Below, one piece after another: positions 25,475-32,329 of a stretch of DNA of 32,329 nucleotides; the first letter of the stretch is position 1, and each line of letters opens with the position of its first letter. The notes beneath the pieces were generated by a model, which saw only the letters and a program-made list of their open reading frames with translations, made no database searches and was not told the DNA's origin. Source of the DNA: Bacteroidales bacterium (lineage in GTDB: Bacteria > Bacteroidota > Bacteroidia > Bacteroidales > UBA1556); assembly GCA_029935325.1 (NCBI GenBank), contig JAOZKO010000002.1:1-32329 (forward strand). The letters run 5' to 3'. The position numbers and the translations under genes were made by a program.

Positions 25475-25519
25475 AATATGTGTTTATATAGCAATTAATC
25501 TATTTCATTAATTGCACTG

Positions 25520-25527
25520 CAAAAATA
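25520..25527 (-). promoter_or_regulatory. -7 promoter motif for the coiled-coil protein gene
   Basis: The minus strand reads TATTTTTG, and the ATG is at 25474. Confidence 0.4.
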
Positions 25528-25623
25528 AAGCTTTTGCAATTGATAAACTGAAAAGATATTATTTTATTGTAATAGACTTTATAACAATTAAAATCATCGG
25601 GCATTACAAAGTCTAATAAAGCT

Positions 25624-27105
25624 TTAGCTTGCCTTTTTAGGAAATAGATTAACTCGCTCCATTGCCAACAATATACCCACAAATAATAATAATAATATAC
25701 TATGTACACTTAATCTAATGGCCAGTGATTCAATCTGTAATAGTGTGCTTAGTAAATAGAAACCCACAGCAAGCCCAATATAAAATAATATTCGAGGCAG
25801 GTTATAAGGTATTGGATAATACTTACGACCCCATAAAAATGAGATGAGCATCATACTTCCGTAGCAAATAAAAGTTGCCCAAGCTGAACCTTCGTAACCA
25901 ATTATTGGGATCCAATAAAAGTTTAAGCTGATGGTAATAATTGCTCCAATTATTGAAATATATGCTCCAAAGCGAGTTTTATTGGTGAGTTTATACCAAA
26001 CTGATAAATTATAATAAATACCAAGAAATAGATTTGCCAATAGTAAAATTGGTATTACAAAAGCTCCTGAGCGGAATTCTTTTCCTATAAAATGAATAAT
26101 AATATCCATATAAAGCATTGTGCCTAAAAAAATAAGGGAAGTAACCATAACAAAGTACTTCATCATATTGGCATACATTATTTTTGCATCTTTATGCTTT
26201 TCTTGCGCAAAGAAAAACGGTTCAGCAGCATAACGATATGCCTGAATAAAAATAGTCATCAGAATGGATATCTTATAAACAGCTCCATAAATTCCCACCT
26301 GAGACATAGCAATATTTTCTGGCAAAAGATACTTTAGCAAAACTCTATCAATTACCTCGTTTACTGCTCCTGCCATTCCAAAAATAAGCAATGGCATTGC
26401 ATAAGCAATCATCTTTTTCCAAATGTCAAAATCAAAAATGAGACGGATTTTAAACCACTCAGGAATAAACATTAATACCATTAGACCACTAGAAATAACA
26501 TTACTTACAAATATATAATCTACCTTATTGTCAGCGTTATACCAAGTGTTTATCCATTGCGAAATATTATTATCGCTATAGGATTCGGTAAACCAAGTAA
26601 GAAAATATATAAAGAATAAATTTAGTCCAATATTTACAAAGATACCTGTAAGCTTAATTACTACAAATTTCTTGGGTCTTTCCTGAAGTCTTAAATTTGC
26701 AAATGGAATAGTATTAATGGTGTCGAAAAATAATATTAGAGCTAAATAGGTAATGTATTCTGGCTTATGAGCATAATGAATAAGCTCAGCAAAATCCTGC
26801 TTAAATCCAAATATAAATAGAAGAAAAATAAAACTACTAATAATTAAGGAGCTAAAGGCTGTCCCAAAAATTGTTTTGGGCTTGCCTGTTGACTCTGCAA
26901 ATCGGAAGAAGGTAGTTTCCATCCCATAAGTCAATAGTATAAGTAAAAGAGCAATATAGGAATATAATTCTACCACAGATCCATAAACTCCCTGTGCCAA
27001 AACATTGGTGTATATAGGAACCAGAAGATATCCCATTATTCTTCCTAAAATACTGCTAAGCCCATAAACCGCAGTTTGTCCAACTAGTTTCCTTAATGGA
27101 TTCAA
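25624..27105 (-). CDS. MOP-superfamily polysaccharide/oligosaccharide flippase (Wzx-like)
   Basis: 493 aa and polytopic (about 12-14 hydrophobic segments). The N-terminus LRKLVGQTAVYGLSSILGRIMGYLLVPIYTNVL is typical of this family. The only start that keeps this conserved N-terminus is the TTG at 27105. Confidence 0.85.
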   Translation of the reverse strand: MNPLRKLVGQTAVYGLSSILGRIMGYLLVPIYTNVLAQGVYGSVVELYSYIALLLILLTYGMETTFFRFAESTGKPKTIFGTAFSSLIISSFIFLLFIFGFKQDFAELIHYAHKPEYITYLALILFFDTINTIPFANLRLQERPKKFVVIKLTGIFVNIGLNLFFIYFLTWFTESYSDNNISQWINTWYNADNKVDYIFVSNVISSGLMVLMFIPEWFKIRLIFDFDIWKKMIAYAMPLLIFGMAGAVNEVIDRVLLKYLLPENIAMSQVGIYGAVYKISILMTIFIQAYRYAAEPFFFAQEKHKDAKIMYANMMKYFVMVTSLIFLGTMLYMDIIIHFIGKEFRSGAFVIPILLLANLFLGIYYNLSVWYKLTNKTRFGAYISIIGAIITISLNFYWIPIIGYEGSAWATFICYGSMMLISFLWGRKYYPIPYNLPRILFYIGLAVGFYLLSTLLQIESLAIRLSVHSILLLLFVGILLAMERVNLFPKKAS

Positions 27106-27129
27106 AAGTTAATTATAATAATTTGGTGC

Positions 27130-27137
27130 ACAAAAAT
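27130..27137 (-). promoter_or_regulatory. -7 promoter motif for the flippase gene
   Basis: The minus strand reads TATTTTTG, and the TTG start is at 27105. Confidence 0.4.
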
Positions 27138-27304
27138 ATAAAAAAGGATGCTATAGAATATATTTGTAAACGAATATTTTATTTAAATAGTGTTTATACT
27201 AACAATACTTTGGTGACTTTTAAGTACTAAGCTGTCTGCCAAGCAAGGCAGATACAGGTAAAGTAAGCCGTGCATATTTTAACTAGTGTCAGCAAGAAAA
27301 TGCA

Positions 27305-29038
27305 CTAACTAGAAGTAGTTTTATTCATTTCAACTTCAATCTCACTAATTTTATGTTTAAGAATTAGAAACTGATTTTCTGTGATACTTCCTTTTTCCAG
27401 TTCCTTGGTAAAAGCATCCTTAAGCTCAGTTATATTCTGGTCTTGCTTTATCTTTTCGTGGTAAAAATTAGTTAATACTTGATTAGTTTCAGTAAGCATT
27501 AATTTAAACCTTCTCTTTTTTCGTGTATTAAAATACCAACCTAAGAAAGCAGAAGTAACCGCAATTAATGCTCCACCAATTAGCCCAAGTTTATCCCAAA
27601 AATTCTCTTTCCAAAAATTCTCTACATCAAGAATATCAGTCATGGCAATTTGCGAGTCGCTAAACTCTGCATTTACATAATCGATCTTTACTATTTGCCC
27701 CTCCGCTAAACTCGAAATAGGCTCAAAATATGCATTTAGGTCTGTAAGTCGTTTTAGAGTTAGAGGTGTTTTTATATTGTTTTCACTTTCGATATAGTAG
27801 TTATAATTATTGCGATTTAGCCCATCATCGAGTCCAAAAGTTACAAACCAATCGGTACCATTAGTTAATAAACTAGCTTCTATTATTAGGTGATTGAGTA
27901 CACTTGCGGTTACTAATTTCGGTAATTCAGAAATCAGATGTTCTTCTTCAATATTTGATTTTGAGACTCTTACATTATCTAAATAAACCTGATAACGATA
28001 GGTCTTGTTTTCTACAAAGGATAAAACCACCTTTATATCATGTACATTATTAGATTGCTTATTATCATTGGCAAATCGATTGCTAGATGTTAATTCCTCT
28101 ATTATTTCATCACGCAATATGGAAATAACATCACCTTTTTTTGTGAGCTTATCTTTCGCACTTATTTTCAATTCCAAAATTGAATTTACACTAGGTTTTA
28201 CTCGTATTATTCTCAAATAACGTCGAAGATAATTATAGTAATTATCATCCTTCTCAATCCACTTAGTGATATTTAATGAGTTATCAAATAGATCTTTACT
28301 ATTGGGATCCTTAAACGCATTTAGCATAATCTCCTTTATATTAAGCTGCATTATAGAGTCAATAATTGGCGATAAAACATATGCATGGTTAGGCACTTTA
28401 TATTCCTTTAGAATAATATATTCATCGCTACTAATTTCCTTATTATTTAAGAGAACAGATTTTGATACGGCTATACCGTCTGCTTCATTATTAATAAGCG
28501 CAAGTATTGCCTTATCGTGATTATAGGAGAAATCATAATTGAAAAAACCAGATTCGATATCAATATCATACTCTTTGAAAATGCCCTTGGGATACCTATA
28601 ACCAGATGTGGAAGTTGGTTTAATAAATAGAAAATTCGTGCCTTTAAAATCTTTCAGCTGATTAATATTGCTAGATTTTTTAGCTATAATCACTCCAATA
28701 TAATAATCCTTATTACTCACTGCCTGGCTTGCAAAAACTTCTATTTCAGGAAAATTAACTTTTGATTTAAGGTATGAAAATGGCTTAAAAATACCCAAAT
28801 CATAGTTCCCCTGCATTAGTTCATAGGCAAGTTTATCTTCATCTACAAAGTGCATAGTGGTGGGCATATTTAGTTTATCACCAATATATTTTATCATAGG
28901 AGCATAGGTGTCAACTAGCTTCTCTTCAGTTTTATACTTAATTATTCCTACCCGAAAAGTCTTTTTACTGCCTTGGGCAAAAATAGACATTTGTAATATA
29001 AATGTAAATATGACAATTAGTGATATAGAGCTCTTCAT
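27305..29038 (-). CDS. Type I membrane protein: PhnD-like periplasmic binding domain + unknown domain + TM helix + 74-aa cytoplasmic coiled-coil tail
   Basis: 577 aa with the signal peptide MKSSISLIVIFTFILQMSIFAQG. FRVGIIKYKTEEKLVDTYAPMIKYIGDKL...LGIFKPFSYL...PTSTSGYRYPKG matches the PhnD/phosphonate-bd type SBP fold. The TM helix LGLIGGALIAVTSAFLGWYF is followed by NTRKKRRFK (positive-inside) and a helical tail. No kinase, cyclase or other output domain is present. Confidence 0.75.
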   Translation of the reverse strand: MKSSISLIVIFTFILQMSIFAQGSKKTFRVGIIKYKTEEKLVDTYAPMIKYIGDKLNMPTTMHFVDEDKLAYELMQGNYDLGIFKPFSYLKSKVNFPEIEVFASQAVSNKDYYIGVIIAKKSSNINQLKDFKGTNFLFIKPTSTSGYRYPKGIFKEYDIDIESGFFNYDFSYNHDKAILALINNEADGIAVSKSVLLNNKEISSDEYIILKEYKVPNHAYVLSPIIDSIMQLNIKEIMLNAFKDPNSKDLFDNSLNITKWIEKDDNYYNYLRRYLRIIRVKPSVNSILELKISAKDKLTKKGDVISILRDEIIEELTSSNRFANDNKQSNNVHDIKVVLSFVENKTYRYQVYLDNVRVSKSNIEEEHLISELPKLVTASVLNHLIIEASLLTNGTDWFVTFGLDDGLNRNNYNYYIESENNIKTPLTLKRLTDLNAYFEPISSLAEGQIVKIDYVNAEFSDSQIAMTDILDVENFWKENFWDKLGLIGGALIAVTSAFLGWYFNTRKKRRFKLMLTETNQVLTNFYHEKIKQDQNITELKDAFTKELEKGSITENQFLILKHKISEIEVEMNKTTSS

Positions 29039-29092
29039 TCTAACTTATTTTAGTGTTGTTCAAAACCCCTATTGATCGGAGTTTTGTATGCG

Positions 29093-29100
29093 CAAATATA
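29093..29100 (-). promoter_or_regulatory. -7 promoter motif for the PhnD-like gene
   Basis: The minus strand reads TATATTTG, and the ATG is at 29038. A hairpin at 29061-29086 would lie in the leader. Confidence 0.4.
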
Positions 29101-29364
29101 GTAAATATTATTGGCTCTACGGCCGTTTTTGTGGGCAAAAATTCAAGGCTAACTCATAATTGTGTGATTTATGTATCAAATACTTGTAAAATGCTATTTT
29201 TAATAATCCACGAATTGTATTATTCGAAGATGCAGCGAAAAGAAAAATAAATAGTCCAGAATATAAAGCGAACGACCGCCTTGCGATTATCATCTAATCA
29301 ATCCGGGATATATCATCTATTTTACTATCTTTAAGAACTAAAGATTGATTGAAATCTAATCATA

Positions 29365-32329
29365 ATGCTAATAAATTGTCATTCATACTATAGTTTAAGA
29401 TACGGAACTTTATCGGTGGAGGAACTCGTTTCCATTGCCAATAATAAGTTGCAGAAGCAAATAGTAATGACTGATATTAATAATAGCACCGGGATTATTG
29501 ATTTTGTTAAGGCCTGTAAAAAGCAAGATATAAAACCTATTGCTGGGATTGAATTTCGAGATGGAGATCAGTTATTGTATATAGGAATTGCTAAAAGTAA
29601 TATTGGTTTCCAGCAGCTGAATAAATTCTTAACAGAGCATAATTTAGAAAAAAAGCCTCTTCCCAAATCTGCGCCAAAGTTGAAAGATGTATTCTTTGTT
29701 TACTCTTTCCCCAAAGAGAAATCTTTGGTACAATTGCTGGAATTATTTTCCCAAATGCGAAAGGATGAATTTTTGGGAATCACCTATTATCAAATCTTGA
29801 AATTACTAAATATTCCCAAATCTTTTTATCATAAACTTATTGCGCTACACCCTATTACCCATAGTGGCGGTCGTTCCTTTGAGCTTCACAATCATTTGCG
29901 CGCCATAGACCATAATATATTGCTAAGTCAGTTGGAACCTAAGTTCCTAGCTCACTTTAGCGAACGGATGCCAAGTCCCAACCAATTGGAGGAATTATTT
30001 AGTCAGTATCCATTTTTGCTAAAAAATACTGAAGCTCTAATGTCCAAATGCAGTATCGATTTCGACTTTAAAAGCATTAAAAACAAACAATGCTATACTC
30101 AGAGTAAAGATGAAGACCGATTACTATTACGGCAGCTTGCTTATGAGGGAATGAACTTTCGCTATGGACGCTATAATACTATTGCCAAACAACGAATTGA
30201 TAAGGAATTACGAATTATAAATCAAATGAACTTTTCGGCATATTTTCTTATTACTTGGGATATTATTCAGTATTCGATGTCGCAAGGATACTACCATGTG
30301 GGGCGAGGTAGTGGTGCCAATAGTGTAGTGGCCTATTGTTTAAAGATAGTAGATGTGGACCCTATAGAACTGGATTTATATTTTGAGCGGTTTATCAACC
30401 CAAAACGTAGTTCGCCACCCGATTTTGATATTGATTATTCGTGGCTAGAGCGGGATGATGTGCAGTCATATATTTTCAATAAGTACGGCAAGGAACATAC
30501 TGCACTTTTGGGTACAATTTCTACATTTAAAGGCAAATCCATATATCGGGAATTAGGAAAAGTATATGGTCTTCCCAAGGAAGAAATTGATGATTTGATT
30601 AAATATCCGGAGGCAAAGCGCAATCGACATGATATCAATATGAAGATTCATAGCATTGCTGCTTTGATGACTGATTTCCCTAATTTGCGGAGCATACATG
30701 CTGGTGGAATATTGGTTAGCGAAGATCCAATAACTAATTTTACAGCTCTGGACTTGCCTCCCAAGGGTTTTCCAACAACACAATGGGATATGTATGTGGC
30801 GGAGAATATTGGATTTGAGAAACTAGATATTCTGAGCCAAAGAGGGATTGGCCATATTAAGGATAGTGTGAAACTAATTGCCGAAAATCAGAAGCAAATT
30901 ATTGATTTTCATAATGTTGAAAAATTTAAGACTGATGCAAAGGTTCGAAATTTACTTAAGAGTGGAGAAACCATCGGTTGTTTCTATATCGAAAGCCCAG
31001 CCATGCGTGGTCTTATTAAAAAACTCCGCTGCGATAATTATTTAACACTTGTTGCAGCAAGTTCTATTATCCGCCCTGGGGTTGCTCGCTCAGGAATGAT
31101 GCGTGAATATATAAATCGCTATAACGACCCCAAGAGTTTCAAATATCTTCACCCAATAATGGAGGTGCAGCTTAAGGAAACCTTTGGTGTAATGGTTTAC
31201 CAAGAAGATGTGCTTAAAATATGTCATCATTTTGCAGGCTTGGATTTGGCAGATGCAGATGTATTGCGAAGAGCGATGAGCGGAAAAACTCGCTCCAAAG
31301 AAGAGCTAAATCGTATTGTTGGCAAATTTCATAGCAATTGCAAGGAGCGGCATTATCCTGATGAAATAACCAAAGAAATATGGCGACAAATTGAATCTTT
31401 TGCTGGCTATTCGTTTAGCAAAGCACATTCCGCTTCCTATGCCGTTGAAAGCTACCAGAGTCTATATCTTAAAGCATATTTTCCTTTGGAATTTATTACT
31501 GCAGTGATAAATAATTTTGGTGGGTTTTATCGCTCATGGGTGTATTTCAACGAGGCAAAACGATTGGGGGCCAAGCTTATGCTGCCAAATATAAATCATA
31601 GTAATTATCTTACACATATTGAGCAAGACCAGATTTATGTGGGCTTTGTGCACTTACAAAACCTAGAGCGTAAGCTTGCTAAAACCATTGTTAAAGAGCG
31701 AAAGCAAAATGGAATTTATAGGGCTTTTGATGAATTTTTGTCAAGAGTGCAGATTGGCATAGAGCAGGTGCTAACCCTTATACGTAGTGGAGCTTTTGGC
31801 GATTTGAATCAAAACAAAGCTGCACTGATGTGGGAGGCTCATAGTTTGCTTGGCAAAACTAAAAAGAATTCTATGGAAAATACTTCTCAGCTTTTCCCCT
31901 ATCGCAAGCGAAATTTTCAATTACCGGAGCTGACAAATGATCCTATTGTAAACGCATATGACGAAATAGAGCTAATTGGTTTTCCTATAACTTCTTCCTA
32001 TTTTGATTTACTGGAAACCAAGTTTAGAGGAGATATAATGGCAAATAATCTGAATAAATATATTGGAAAAACTATCCGTATGCTAGGGCATTTGGTGACT
32101 ATTAAATATGTGAAAACCGTAAAGAAAGACTATATGCACTTTTCAACTTTTGTAGATGTTGAAGGCAATTTCTTCGATACTGTTCACTTTCCCGATTCAT
32201 TAAAGAAATATCCATTTCGCGGTGACGGCATTTACCTTATGCTTGGAAAAATTGTTGAAGAATTTGGCTATGCAAGCCTCGAGGTTTATAAAATGGAAAA
32301 AATGCCTCTTATTGGGAATCCGGTTGGAG
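29365..32329 (+). CDS. dnaE2: DNA polymerase III alpha-subunit paralog, DnaE2/ImuC-like; 3' end runs off the window
   Basis: It is absent from the ORF track because there is no in-window stop. My translation from the ATG at 29365 gives MLINCHSYYSLRYGTLSVEELV..., then GRGSGANSVVAYCLKIVDVDPIELDLYFERFINPKRSSPPDFDIDYSW around 30304-30447, then FYIESPAMRGLIKKL..IRPGVARSGMM and FSKAHSASYAVESYQSLYLKAYFPLEF. An OB-fold-like region (IRMLGHLVTIKYVKT...) lies near the edge. The short N-terminus, the NCH replacing the usual HxH, and an OB fold near residue ~950 fit the ~1000-aa DnaE2-type rather than replicative DnaE1. That distinction is from memory of family features and has not been tested. Confidence 0.85.
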   Translation, partial: MLINCHSYYSLRYGTLSVEELVSIANNKLQKQIVMTDINNSTGIIDFVKACKKQDIKPIAGIEFRDGDQLLYIGIAKSNIGFQQLNKFLTEHNLEKKPLPKSAPKLKDVFFVYSFPKEKSLVQLLELFSQMRKDEFLGITYYQILKLLNIPKSFYHKLIALHPITHSGGRSFELHNHLRAIDHNILLSQLEPKFLAHFSERMPSPNQLEELFSQYPFLLKNTEALMSKCSIDFDFKSIKNKQCYTQSKDEDRLLLRQLAYEGMNFRYGRYNTIAKQRIDKELRIINQMNFSAYFLITWDIIQYSMSQGYYHVGRGSGANSVVAYCLKIVDVDPIELDLYFERFINPKRSSPPDFDIDYSWLERDDVQSYIFNKYGKEHTALLGTISTFKGKSIYRELGKVYGLPKEEIDDLIKYPEAKRNRHDINMKIHSIAALMTDFPNLRSIHAGGILVSEDPITNFTALDLPPKGFPTTQWDMYVAENIGFEKLDILSQRGIGHIKDSVKLIAENQKQIIDFHNVEKFKTDAKVRNLLKSGETIGCFYIESPAMRGLIKKLRCDNYLTLVAASSIIRPGVARSGMMREYINRYNDPKSFKYLHPIMEVQLKETFGVMVYQEDVLKICHHFAGLDLADADVLRRAMSGKTRSKEELNRIVGKFHSNCKERHYPDEITKEIWRQIESFAGYSFSKAHSASYAVESYQSLYLKAYFPLEFITAVINNFGGFYRSWVYFNEAKRLGAKLMLPNINHSNYLTHIEQDQIYVGFVHLQNLERKLAKTIVKERKQNGIYRAFDEFLSRVQIGIEQVLTLIRSGAFGDLNQNKAALMWEAHSLLGKTKKNSMENTSQLFPYRKRNFQLPELTNDPIVNAYDEIELIGFPITSSYFDLLETKFRGDIMANNLNKYIGKTIRMLGHLVTIKYVKTVKKDYMHFSTFVDVEGNFFDTVHFPDSLKKYPFRGDGIYLMLGKIVEEFGYASLEVYKMEKMPLIGNPVG

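Noticed and set aside
29053-29250. 65-aa ORF upstream of the DnaE2-like gene, considered as a possible ImuA/ImuB remnant.
   Set aside because: It starts at an alternative codon and has no resemblance to RecA-like or Y-family polymerase motifs. It also overlaps the minus-strand promoter motif and leader hairpin of the PhnD-like gene.
1-32329. A search for a defence island, prophage, integrative element or toxin-antitoxin pair. I looked for integrase or transposase genes, tRNA attachment sites, nuclease, helicase or methylase clusters, and abrupt composition shifts.
   Set aside because: None was found. Gene content is overwhelmingly housekeeping, composition looks uniform by eye, and the only repeats are short intergenic elements with no associated transposase.

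Overview
This is an AT-rich chromosomal segment that looks like Bacteroidota. Three things support that: a gldH gliding/T9SS lipoprotein gene, a cargo protein ending in a T9SS C-terminal sorting domain, and perfect TAnnTTTG '-7' promoter motifs upstream of most transcription units. I can support about 25 protein-coding genes, nearly all housekeeping. Left to right they are: a PKD/T9SS cargo protein (clipped at the left edge), a secreted double-SH3b protein, efp, an FmdE-like hypothetical, a stand-alone Hpt protein, PBP1A, gldH, a PSP1/RicT-like protein, rsmE, a DUF4159-like protein, pckA, ruvB, queG, an AsmA-like membrane protein, radA, a DUF1858-like redox protein, a PabA/TrpG-type amidotransferase, a DUF4837-like lipoprotein, type I asparaginase, TatD, a GT9 glycosyltransferase, a membrane-anchored coiled-coil protein, a Wzx-type flippase, a membrane-anchored PhnD-like binding protein, and a DnaE2-like Pol III alpha paralog that runs off the right edge. 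I saw no rRNA, tRNA, CRISPR array, transposase, integrase or recognisable defence gene. I did not find a convincing multi-gene novel system, and the window reads as core genome. The parts the gene list does not explain are: (1) a 1005-bp ORF-poor divergent spacer upstream of efp (3296-4300) with orphan promoter-like motifs and hairpins; (2) two families of dispersed or palindromic intergenic repeats, namely a 55-nt element built on three tandem CTTnnnnn octamers (two copies) and an ACAGAT/GACACGGATTAA element forming a roughly 175-bp palindrome; (3) several perfect short direct repeats spaced about two helical turns apart next to gene ends; (4) a PhnD-like sensor-type protein with no output domain; and (5) a DnaE2-like polymerase with no imuA/imuB upstream. 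All functional readings of these are inference and need whole-genome, comparative or transcriptome checks.
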